A stretch of 64,000 nt of DNA, taken from IMG/VR virus record IMGVR_UViG_3300025006_000001; one strand, 5' to 3'. The position numbers and the translations under genes are program-made. This stretch comes from a virus. Below the pieces are notes generated by a model. That model was not told the origin of the DNA, ran no database searches, and saw only the letters and a program-made list of their open reading frames with translations. Positions 34,031-42,433 of the stretch are shown one piece after another (position 1 is the first letter of the stretch; each line of letters begins with the position of its first letter).

Positions 34031-34309
34031 TCAAAGGACTTCAGTTCTGTATACATACTCTTTAGCTCCACCTTGATTCCATATTTTAACATAAAGATTA
34101 TTCAAATAAGTAGGAAAAACTAAAGAATCTTTAAGGAGTTGGTTTGGAACAACTTGCACAAACGTATACTTATTATAATTTAACTTTAAAGCCGTCAAAT
34201 TATGTGAAAACATGTCAAGGTGATTGTCACTGTATTCTATTTTGCTTTCTCTTACGAACTTCTCGAACATAACACATTTCGTAAAACGCTTTATCTTTTG
34301 TATATCCAT
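34031..34309 (-). CDS. Hypothetical protein
   Basis: ORF track. Confidence 0.5.
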   Translation of the reverse strand: MDIQKIKRFTKCVMFEKFVRESKIEYSDNHLDMFSHNLTALKLNYNKYTFVQVVPNQLLKDSLVFPTYLNNLYVKIWNQGGAKEYVYRTEVL

Positions 34310-34448
34310 ATCCTATTGCTTTCGTTTTCAAACACTCACAAGCCCAAATTTCTTTATGAGGTTCTCCAGAAAAATAAATAGGGTAGTAGACAATTAAATC
34401 TTCATACCCTATTAATCTATATATTAATTTTTTAAGTTTTTTAAACAA
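34227..34448 (-). CDS. Hypothetical protein (TTG start)
   Basis: ORF track. Confidence 0.4.
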   Translation of the reverse strand: MFKKLKKLIYRLIGYEDLIVYYPIYFSGEPHKEIWACECLKTKAIGYGYTKDKAFYEMCYVREVRKRKQNRIQ

Positions 34449-34620
34449 GCTTATCTTTTATTCTAGTTAGCCAAGATTCAGCTTTATCACTATAAAAGAA
34501 TTTTAAAGGACTATAAGTAAACGCTTTATATTCTTCGTCAGTCATTTTAAGATAATCAGCTAATGGAACGTTATTAGGTTTAAGTTTCATTAAACTAAAA
34601 ATTTTATCTACAGTATCCAT
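34441..34620 (-). CDS. Small hypothetical protein (59 aa, below cutoff)
   Basis: ATG at 34620. Translates as MDTVDKIFSLMKLKPNNVPLADYLKMTDEEYKAF.... Confidence 0.45.
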   Translation of the reverse strand: MDTVDKIFSLMKLKPNNVPLADYLKMTDEEYKAFTYSPLKFFYSDKAESWLTRIKDKLV

Positions 34621-34751
34621 TCTTGCATAAACCTTCTAAGAAAAATTAATCTAGATTCTTCACAATCAAACCCTGAACAATATTTATAATTTTTAGATTC
34701 ATATAAATACTGTCCCCATCTAGTAGAATATTTTGATTTGAATAATGTCAT
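34608..34751 (-). CDS. Small hypothetical protein (47 aa, below cutoff)
   Basis: ATGA overlap with the stop of 34748..35029. Translates as MTLFKSKYSTRWGQYLYESKNYKYCSGFDCEE.... Confidence 0.4.
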   Translation of the reverse strand: MTLFKSKYSTRWGQYLYESKNYKYCSGFDCEESRLIFLRRFMQEWIL

Positions 34752-35029
34752 TTAGTTGGAATATTTAATTTATAAGATTCGTAAATATGATCGGCTAAAC
34801 TAATAGCATCTTCAGTAGTTAATTGTAGTTTTGCTATGCCACATATATTTCCACTTACCATTTCAATCTCTATTGGATAAGGAATTCCTGCATTAAGAGG
34901 ATCTTTATAATTAGATCTTAGTCCTGAATGAAGGATAGCTTTCCCTCCTTCAAATTCTTGCGTATTTCTACCTATTCCGAACAACAAAGCAGTCAAAGGT
35001 GATTGATTACTACAAAAAGACATTACCAA
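34748..35029 (-). CDS. Hypothetical protein
   Basis: ORF track. Confidence 0.5.
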   Translation of the reverse strand: MVMSFCSNQSPLTALLFGIGRNTQEFEGGKAILHSGLRSNYKDPLNAGIPYPIEIEMVSGNICGIAKLQLTTEDAISLADHIYESYKLNIPTK

Positions 35030-35496
35030 TTAACCTCTACGTAAATCTTGCCTTTATTTTTCTTTACAAATAAACACATAGGCACAAATTTATCAATCAA
35101 ATCTTTGTTCTGAATTCTCAGGCACCCAAGCGTAGGATACCAACCTTGGAAATCAGCTAGAGGGTTTGGAGAAGCACTTCCTCCTCCATGAACTCCACAG
35201 CCTGCACGGCCTCTAGATATTTCTTGATTTTCTAATTCAATCAAATCACAAAAGAATTTACCATAAGCATTCCAAGTCTTTTGACTTTCGTGAGGTTGAG
35301 TTTCTATAATAACTCCAATCTCATATAATCCTGGAGGAGTATCTCCACCTTGAACATTGAATCCAGGGCCGTTTACTCCATCCCCTCTGCAAGGAATATT
35401 CCACCTTTCTTTCTTATTAAAATCATAACAAGTTAATTTATGATTTTTACAATCCGCCACACAATACATATCTTGTGGCCTTACAGTAGCTTTCAC
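35023..35496 (-). CDS. L,D-transpeptidase (YkuD) catalytic-domain-like protein
   Basis: GDTPPGLYEIG, GCGVHGGG and TLGCLRIQNKDLIDKF (the H...G...GC[IL]R motif with catalytic Cys), then KIYVEV. Confidence 0.55.
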   Translation of the reverse strand: MKATVRPQDMYCVADCKNHKLTCYDFNKKERWNIPCRGDGVNGPGFNVQGGDTPPGLYEIGVIIETQPHESQKTWNAYGKFFCDLIELENQEISRGRAGCGVHGGGSASPNPLADFQGWYPTLGCLRIQNKDLIDKFVPMCLFVKKNKGKIYVEVNW

Positions 35497-35777
35497 AATA
35501 CATCACCGATTCCAAAAAATTTATGTCTTCCATTATAATTACTGTATGTATAATTATGACTAGTATAAAAAGTCCTATTAGGACTTAAATCATTCTGTCT
35601 ACTCTTTAAAGGAATAACATCTAAAGTTTTAAATTTATTTTTAGGAGACACTCTAAAAATAATGGGTAGATTCATTTGTTTAATAGGGGAACTTAGAAAA
35701 TAATGATTAGCATAGTGCCCATAGTTTCTGTCTAATCCTCTAACCCATCCTACTTGTTTATAATTAACATAACTCAT
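35493..35777 (-). CDS. Hypothetical protein
   Basis: ORF track. Confidence 0.5.
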   Translation of the reverse strand: MSYVNYKQVGWVRGLDRNYGHYANHYFLSSPIKQMNLPIIFRVSPKNKFKTLDVIPLKSRQNDLSPNRTFYTSHNYTYSNYNGRHKFFGIGDVL

Positions 35778-35974
35778 AAAATCACCACTAACTGTCCAGT
35801 TTGATAAAATTGTAGTTCTTTAACTTGTTTCATCCAATCCTTAGTTACATCTATAACTGTGGGAAAAGAATTCTCTAAAAGATCTCCTTGAGGAGTTTTA
35901 TGTAAAATAAAACAAGGTAGATCTCCGTCTGATTCATAAATAATTTTTAGTTGTTCTATTAGTTCTGATAACAT
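35774..35974 (-). CDS. Hypothetical protein
   Basis: ORF track. Confidence 0.5.
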   Translation of the reverse strand: MLSELIEQLKIIYESDGDLPCFILHKTPQGDLLENSFPTVIDVTKDWMKQVKELQFYQTGQLVVIL

Positions 35975-36420
35975 TTAAACAATCTCTTAAACATATCTTT
36001 TATAGATATTATCTTCTCTGGAGTAGGAACTTCATAAGAGAAAATAGTTTTACTTATTACATTTTTATTAATACACTCAACAGTAACTGTATGTTCAGCA
36101 TTTAAATCAATTGTAAGAATTAAATTCTCATCTCCCACATACACAGCAGTTATTCCTCCATTACAATCAGGAGAAAATGACCATTCTTTAGGGTCTCCTA
36201 CTTGGGCTATTATTGAATAAATATCAAAATAACAAGATAACTTAGTAAATTTATAGGGCTCACTTATCGTATCTAAGTCTATAAGAGATAGATTATTAAA
36301 AGTTATATAAAAATTTACCGCTTCCAAAGCTAAATCTTTTTGGAGAGTGAACATCCAGTATTTAGTGGGGTTCAGCTCTGAATAAAATTTATCGTATACT
36401 TCTTGAGTGTTTAACAACAT
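35959..36420 (-). CDS. Hypothetical protein
   Basis: ORF track. Confidence 0.5.
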   Translation of the reverse strand: MLLNTQEVYDKFYSELNPTKYWMFTLQKDLALEAVNFYITFNNLSLIDLDTISEPYKFTKLSCYFDIYSIIAQVGDPKEWSFSPDCNGGITAVYVGDENLILTIDLNAEHTVTVECINKNVISKTIFSYEVPTPEKIISIKDMFKRLFKCYQN

Positions 36421-36848
36421 TACTGATAATCTCTAATATCTATTCCATCGGAATCTGTATCTTCAAAAACAAAATTGGTATCTTGCTTAGGCTTAAATCC
36501 AAAACTAGTTTCAGCATATTTCTCTGAAATCAAAGAATTAGGATAAAAATTAACTATATGACTGGGATTGTCTCTAATATTCTCAATAGTTACTACTGGA
36601 TTACTACTATCAGATTTTTGTGCTTTAGGATCTAAATAATTTGTATTAACTAAATATTTTTCAAAAATTAAAGCAATTAATTTATTCACATTAACACCTA
36701 AATCACTAGCTTGCTTACACAATAACTTATAATGTAAATGGTCAAAAGTTAAATGATTTAAAGTAGCAATATTCACTGCTTCGGGATTATAATAAAATTT
36801 TGATTTTCTCGGAACTAAACTTTTTTCTTCACTATCTTCTTGTGCCAT
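36420..36848 (-). CDS. Hypothetical protein, possible RHH-type DNA binder
   Basis: LTFDHLHYKLLCKQASDLGVNVNKLIALIFEKYL is RHH-like. Acidic tail. Confidence 0.4.
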   Translation of the reverse strand: MAQEDSEEKSLVPRKSKFYYNPEAVNIATLNHLTFDHLHYKLLCKQASDLGVNVNKLIALIFEKYLVNTNYLDPKAQKSDSSNPVVTIENIRDNPSHIVNFYPNSLISEKYAETSFGFKPKQDTNFVFEDTDSDGIDIRDYQ

Positions 36849-37372
36849 AAAATGTCCAAATCATATTTTTCCAACAAAGGGTCATAGTTTAAAACAATAC
36901 ATTCTTTAACTAAAACTTCTATTGGAATACTAAATATTTTTGCTTTAATCCATTTTACAACTTGATCTATTTTAATTGCAAAAGCTGTATCTATAGCAAA
37001 ATACTTTGTCTCTAATCTTTTTCGTTCTCCAGAAGTTAAACCTTTTTTGAACCGAACTAGAACCCAACCTTGTCCACCTTTTTTATTACAATCTACTAAA
37101 GCTTTAATTTGATGTTTTTCTAGCTTTTTAAGATTAAAGGTTAAGCCTTCTTTAACATTCTTTAATTCTATTCCACAATATAACCCATTTTTTAATCCAG
37201 AGGTATCGAAAGGTTTTTCTTTGATTAACTTTGATAGAATATCAGCGTGTTGAGGTAAAACCTTTATTGCCTGCTTTAACTCGTCTGGAATAGGAACGTG
37301 TAATACTAAATTATTAGTATCTAAACTTTTTTCTACTCTTCTTCTAAATTCTTGTTCATTATTTACTGACAT
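36815..37372 (-). CDS. RecU-like Holliday-junction resolvase (PD-(D/E)xK nuclease)
   Basis: PFDTSG...LYCGIELKNV...TFNLKKLEKHQIKAL...GGQGWVLVRF follows the recalled RecU pattern D..G..(F/I)E.K...F.L..L..HQ...L...GG. Confidence 0.5.
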   Translation of the reverse strand: MSVNNEQEFRRRVEKSLDTNNLVLHVPIPDELKQAIKVLPQHADILSKLIKEKPFDTSGLKNGLYCGIELKNVKEGLTFNLKKLEKHQIKALVDCNKKGGQGWVLVRFKKGLTSGERKRLETKYFAIDTAFAIKIDQVVKWIKAKIFSIPIEVLVKECIVLNYDPLLEKYDLDILWHKKIVKKKV

Positions 37373-37568
37373 TGTTTAATAGTGTTTGCATTGGATTAAT
37401 ATATTTTACTTCAAAAGCATAAATATCTTCACGTTTAGTAAAATTATTTACTACAGTTTGTAGTTCTGTTTCGGTAAAAGGTCCCATTTGAAATAAATTT
37501 GGCACATTAAAGTTATGATGTAACTTACCATAGTATTCTACAATATATTTTCTAGCTAAATCTTCCAT
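37359..37568 (-). CDS. Hypothetical protein
   Basis: ORF track. Confidence 0.5.
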   Translation of the reverse strand: MEDLARKYIVEYYGKLHHNFNVPNLFQMGPFTETELQTVVNNFTKREDIYAFEVKYINPMQTLLNNVSK

Positions 37569-40232
37569 TTACAATTCAATCCTGTGTTCTGCGAAATTAG
37601 CAACTACGTCTTGATGAGTTGCTATAATAATTTGATTAAAATCTTTCTTCAAAACTTTAAGTAGTTCTAAACTAGCTTCTACTCTATAGTCGTCTACGAA
37701 AGCTAGACCTTCATCAATAATTAGAGTTTTATACGTTCCAAAATAACGATTTAAATAAACCATAATAGTTAATTTAAATAATAATTTAACTAAGGCAATT
37801 TCTCCGCCTGACGCTAGTTTAATATCGTATTGATCTTTTCCGAATAAGATTTTAAAGCTATCTAATTCTTCTTTACCTTCTGTGGATAGATTAACAATTA
37901 AATCTAATTCAGCTTTTTCAATTAGTTCATTTATAATTTCTTGTAATTCATTTTTAATTAAATTGATAATGTAAAGACTTAATCCATATTTACCACATAT
38001 TTCAACTAAAAATTGTAAATCTTTAATTTTTTCATCTAATTTGTCAGTATTTAAACTGAGTAAGTAGTTAGTTTTTTCCGTTAATCTATTTTTAATAGAA
38101 TTTTTTATTAATTTTATTTGGTCATTATGTTGTTTTTTAATTTTTAAACTATTATAATTATTTATCTCAGCCTGAAGTTCATCTATATCTTTTTGAGTAT
38201 AAACTTTTTCAACTTTTACATCTTTACCAAGATTATTTAAAAGATAAGAATAATTTTTATACTCTTCCATGTTAACATGTTTGTAAAGATCTGTCAATTC
38301 TTTTTCCAAAGAAATGTAGTCTTCGGTGACATTATTTTTAAGAAAAATGCAAGGCAAGGGACTAGCCTTGCATCCGATCTCGTTCCAGTTTTTAGATAAA
38401 CGAAGTTTACTTTCTAAAACATTAATACGAATAACTTTTTCTTTTATTTCTTTAACATTGTTATTGTTTTCATATTCTTTAATCTTTTCTATTTTTTGCA
38501 TAAAGATTAAATTATTTTCATATTGACGTTTGCTATCTTTCATTCTAGAAAGCTTAGAAGTTAAAGCTGAAAGAACAGTAGAATCAAAATCAATATTTTC
38601 TTCTACAACAATTGCATCATATTCTTTTTGAAGGGAATCAATTTCACTTTGAATCTTTTTAGATTCCTCAAAATGTTTCTTAGTGTCTCTAAGTAATTCA
38701 TTGTATTCAGTATATTTTTTATCAAAAGCGTTTAAATCAAATATTTCTCTAAGTAATTTTAATCTAGCCGCTTCTTCTGCTCCGACCAAATCATATTGAC
38801 TACTTTGATCCATAAATACTAAACGATTAAACGTAGCAGAATCTCCGAACACATTATGAACCTCTGCTCGGAACTCTTTTGCAAGCGTATAGGAGGCGTC
38901 ATTAAGGCTGGACTGCACACTAGAGCCCTTACACTCCTTAACTACCTTGTAAGGGCGGCCACAGGCTTCTACATTAAGTTCTAGACGTGATCCCTTAGTC
39001 ATGTAGTTCTTTATGTTTCCTCTGATAGGAAAATTATCGTATAAGGCCCCAGGAAGAGAGTCTACTAGACTAGATTTACCACTCCCATTTCTGCCAATAA
39101 TTGCAGTAAATCCATCTTTAAATTCAAAAGTTTTGTCTTTATGAATACCTACATTTTTGAATTTAACTGATTTAAGTCTATCAAAACCGGTTGGTTTTTT
39201 AACCAAACCTACTGAAAGAGTGCTCTTTTCTTCTTTATAAAAATCTGAAGTTGGTTCTATTAATTCTTTTAATTGACAATATCTTGCAATAAGATTGTCA
39301 ATAGTTAAATCATTAGAACGACTTTGCTCATAAACAGTTTTTATCTCTGGAGAATTTTCTAGTTTATTTTGCTTATAAAGAGCTTTAACATGAGGAAATA
39401 AGTGTTTATATCTCTCTGGATTTTCTGTATAGAATCTTATATAATCTTTAGAAATATTATACTTTTCTAAGTCTTCTTCACAAATAGTATAATAGTTAGC
39501 TGCAATATCTGAAAGATTAATAAATTCTAATTTATTAGTGACTGTATCATATAAATGAAACCCTGCTTTTTTACCTTCGTCTTCATCAAAACGTAAATGA
39601 CTTAAAGCACCTAAATACCATGAGTTTTCAGTGAGGTAATTCTTACAATGGACATGCCCGAAGAATTGAGCACTAGGTTTAAATCCGGAGTTAAGTAAAT
39701 CTGGAAGCCCAAAAGAAAAATAATGCTCAGGAGTGCAGTAACCATGCTTGCCCAAAGAACAATTAATGATGTTAACATGACCAATAAGAATCCTAACTTT
39801 AGCTTTACCTTCGTAAGAATTAAGAGAGTTCATTACATTTTCTCTATAATTCTTATCACTTCTAATCCAGGGAATACACGCTAAATCAAAATCTGGGAAG
39901 TTTAAAATCTTTACTTCATCTTTAATTTTAGTGGTATTGTTAAGATGAATAAAATCTAAAGCACTTATATCTGAACCGGATTGGTCATGATTGCCTTCAA
40001 GTTGAATTATTGGAATATCAATATTGAATATATCAGTATAACCTTTTACAAGTTTTTCTGAAGATCTAAATTTATCCCCAACTTCACCTTTATCAAAAGT
40101 ATCTCCTAGATTAAGGATGTAATCAACTTTTCTTTCTTTACAAATTTCTACCATTCGTTTAAGAAGAATCTGTTTATTATTCCAGTCTCTACCTCTAATA
40201 TGTGAATCTGTAAATAGACAAAGATTACTCAT
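37569..40232 (-). CDS. Fused SbcD/Mre11-type nuclease and SbcC/Rad50-type ATPase
   Basis: The N-terminal part has phosphoesterase motifs FTDSHIRG, GDTFDKG, GNHD and GHVH. The C-terminal part has Walker A IIGRNGSGKSS, coiled coil, signature LASGGEIALV, Walker B LIIDEGLAFVD and H-loop IIATH. Confidence 0.75.
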   Translation of the reverse strand: MSNLCLFTDSHIRGRDWNNKQILLKRMVEICKERKVDYILNLGDTFDKGEVGDKFRSSEKLVKGYTDIFNIDIPIIQLEGNHDQSGSDISALDFIHLNNTTKIKDEVKILNFPDFDLACIPWIRSDKNYRENVMNSLNSYEGKAKVRILIGHVNIINCSLGKHGYCTPEHYFSFGLPDLLNSGFKPSAQFFGHVHCKNYLTENSWYLGALSHLRFDEDEGKKAGFHLYDTVTNKLEFINLSDIAANYYTICEEDLEKYNISKDYIRFYTENPERYKHLFPHVKALYKQNKLENSPEIKTVYEQSRSNDLTIDNLIARYCQLKELIEPTSDFYKEEKSTLSVGLVKKPTGFDRLKSVKFKNVGIHKDKTFEFKDGFTAIIGRNGSGKSSLVDSLPGALYDNFPIRGNIKNYMTKGSRLELNVEACGRPYKVVKECKGSSVQSSLNDASYTLAKEFRAEVHNVFGDSATFNRLVFMDQSSQYDLVGAEEAARLKLLREIFDLNAFDKKYTEYNELLRDTKKHFEESKKIQSEIDSLQKEYDAIVVEENIDFDSTVLSALTSKLSRMKDSKRQYENNLIFMQKIEKIKEYENNNNVKEIKEKVIRINVLESKLRLSKNWNEIGCKASPLPCIFLKNNVTEDYISLEKELTDLYKHVNMEEYKNYSYLLNNLGKDVKVEKVYTQKDIDELQAEINNYNSLKIKKQHNDQIKLIKNSIKNRLTEKTNYLLSLNTDKLDEKIKDLQFLVEICGKYGLSLYIINLIKNELQEIINELIEKAELDLIVNLSTEGKEELDSFKILFGKDQYDIKLASGGEIALVKLLFKLTIMVYLNRYFGTYKTLIIDEGLAFVDDYRVEASLELLKVLKKDFNQIIIATHQDVVANFAEHRIEL

Positions 40233-41204
40233 TTATAAATTTTTCTTTTCTTTAGGATTATAGTTTTTTTTGAAATAAGCATGTTTTCTTAGCTTAACAC
40301 AAGCTTTACATTGAATTTTAGGTAATAATTCTTTATTTTTTATACAAATATCACAAAAAATTCTATTTTCTAATCGTTCTTCAACTAATTTAATAGCAGC
40401 TAAAGCCCTATCTTTTTTTCTAGATAAAGCAAATTCTGAATTATCATAACATAACTTTAATATTTTATAAGCGGTCATGCTATTAACGTCTAAAGACAAA
40501 GCTTGTCCTGTAGGTCTAAAATTTTGGATATGTTTTTCGAATCTTTTTACCAGAATTTCTCTTAAGGTGGTTATAAAAGAAACACTTCCTGTAAAATTTA
40601 CACCTATTTTATATTTTGGGTCATATACACAACCGTCTCCATCAATATATCCTCTTAAAAAATGCCAAAAGTATTCTTCAGTTAAATAATCAGGAAATTT
40701 TAAAACTAAAGATTTTTTAGTTTCAATTCCTAAATTTTTTAAATCTTTAACTAATTCTTTTCCAGGAATATATAGGGTGTGAATATTATAACCTGATTTT
40801 TTGGAATGATAGTCTTCTCTATATCGTATTTCTGAATTAGTTTTTAACTCTTTCTTACAAAATTCTAAAAGTTCTAAGTCTACCGATGTAAAGAAAATTC
40901 CACAACCTCTGGCCATAACAAATCCGTCGGAAGCCATATATCCCAATACCCACGCCATGGAAGGTGACCATTTTTTAAAATAATTTTCGTCACTATATAA
41001 GTATTCCTCAGCTCCTGAACCGGAGGCTCTTATTTTTATATTATAATCTTTTAAGCAACGTAAAACCACCCATTTACTACAAAATAAAAGTTTAGCAATT
41101 TTTCTAGAAGAAAACTTTTTAATTACGTATAAATCATAAAGATTTTCCCTATCTAAAATTATTCTAGGAGGGCCTGCTTTAGAGGGTTCGGCAATTAAGC
41201 TCAT
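40233..41204 (-). CDS. Free-standing LAGLIDADG homing endonuclease
   Basis: Two LAGLIDADG motifs: VLGYMASDGFV and FLRGYIDGDGCV. N-terminal HTH-like region. Inserted between the primase and nuclease genes. Confidence 0.7.
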   Translation of the reverse strand: MSLIAEPSKAGPPRIILDRENLYDLYVIKKFSSRKIAKLLFCSKWVVLRCLKDYNIKIRASGSGAEEYLYSDENYFKKWSPSMAWVLGYMASDGFVMARGCGIFFTSVDLELLEFCKKELKTNSEIRYREDYHSKKSGYNIHTLYIPGKELVKDLKNLGIETKKSLVLKFPDYLTEEYFWHFLRGYIDGDGCVYDPKYKIGVNFTGSVSFITTLREILVKRFEKHIQNFRPTGQALSLDVNSMTAYKILKLCYDNSEFALSRKKDRALAAIKLVEERLENRIFCDICIKNKELLPKIQCKACVKLRKHAYFKKNYNPKEKKNL

Positions 41205-41207
41205 AGT

Positions 41208-42080
41208 TTAAATCCTGTCTTTAATAATTATTCCAGCTTCGTTTGAACCTAAATGTTTTTCAATTGTTTCTAGAAAAATTCTATCTTTACTAATTCTACG
41301 ATCATAACATTTAGGATCTTTACTACTTAATACAACTGAATATGGAATAGAAAAATATTCTAATTTTTCGGCAATCATTTTAGTGGCTTTGTGTCCAGCA
41401 TCATCATTATCAAACCATAAAACAACTTTTTTAGCATTCTTTTTTAACCAATAATACCAAACCAAATTAAGGTTACTGCCTAGAACAGCTATTCCTTTAT
41501 TATACAATCTCGTAGAGAATAAGTCAAATACACCCTCGCAAAGAAGTATATTTGTTGGATTTTTAATCTTTTCCAAACCCCAACAATAAAAAATAGACTT
41601 AGTTCCTTTCTTATGAAACCATTTGCCGTTTGGGATTTGTCTCCATAAATAAGAAGTATCTAATCCTTTAGAGATCGCTTTTGTTTCCAAATAAAGAGTT
41701 TTCTTGGGAGGGTAGTAGCAAATACTAGCTTCTCTAGCTACTAATTCATTAACGTTTCTAGAAATAAGAAACTCTTTTGATTTTGGATGGTCCCAGGCAT
41801 TTACTAGATAATTTCTATTAAAATTATCTATATATTGGTTTTTAAGAAGGGAATCTAAGTCTATTAAATGTTTAGATAGATTATCTTTTTGAAGATAAAG
41901 AAATTTATTCTTCCCGTTTATCCAGCGACTACAAGACCAACAATTCCCAACATTCTTAGTAACATTCCAAGTGAATTTTTCTTCTTTTCCACAAAAAGGA
42001 CAGTTACAAACCCATTCTTCAGAGGACCAGGTAGCCCACTTACCTTCTGGTAATTCTACCTCTAGTTGGGAAGTATTCAT
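41208..42080 (-). CDS. DNA primase (zinc finger plus TOPRIM)
   Basis: CNCPFCGKEEKF...GNCWSCSRW zinc ribbon. TOPRIM ILLCEGVFDLFS and VVLWFDNDDAGHKA. Confidence 0.7.
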   Translation of the reverse strand: MNTSQLEVELPEGKWATWSSEEWVCNCPFCGKEEKFTWNVTKNVGNCWSCSRWINGKNKFLYLQKDNLSKHLIDLDSLLKNQYIDNFNRNYLVNAWDHPKSKEFLISRNVNELVAREASICYYPPKKTLYLETKAISKGLDTSYLWRQIPNGKWFHKKGTKSIFYCWGLEKIKNPTNILLCEGVFDLFSTRLYNKGIAVLGSNLNLVWYYWLKKNAKKVVLWFDNDDAGHKATKMIAEKLEYFSIPYSVVLSSKDPKCYDRRISKDRIFLETIEKHLGSNEAGIIIKDRI

Positions 42081-42100
42081 TGTAGTTTAACTCCATAAGT

Positions 42101-42421
42101 TTAATCTTCTTCTAGTGCTGATTTATCTGTCAATCTTAAAAAATAATACAGATATTCACGCATTTGTTCTGTCCATCGCCAAAAATTGGGATGTTCATTT
42201 CGATGATAAGCTACGTGACAACAGGCACAGAGTAGAGCTAGGTTTTCTAAATCATTTGTTCCACCATTACATCTTTTTTTAATATGATGGATTTGTAATT
42301 GCTCTGACTCTATCTTACAACAAACACAGAAAGGTCCGTCCCTTTCCATAAGTTTTTTACGACGACGTTGTTTCCCGCCCATCTTTTTCTTTTTTTTCTT
42401 GCTGTGAGATTTGTTTGCCAC
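42101..42421 (-). CDS. HNH endonuclease
   Basis: CVCCKIESEQLQIHHIKKRCNGGTNDLENLALLCACCHVAYH. Confidence 0.75.
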   Translation of the reverse strand: MANKSHSKKKKKKMGGKQRRRKKLMERDGPFCVCCKIESEQLQIHHIKKRCNGGTNDLENLALLCACCHVAYHRNEHPNFWRWTEQMREYLYYFLRLTDKSALEED

Positions 42422-42433
42422 TAATTAATATAA

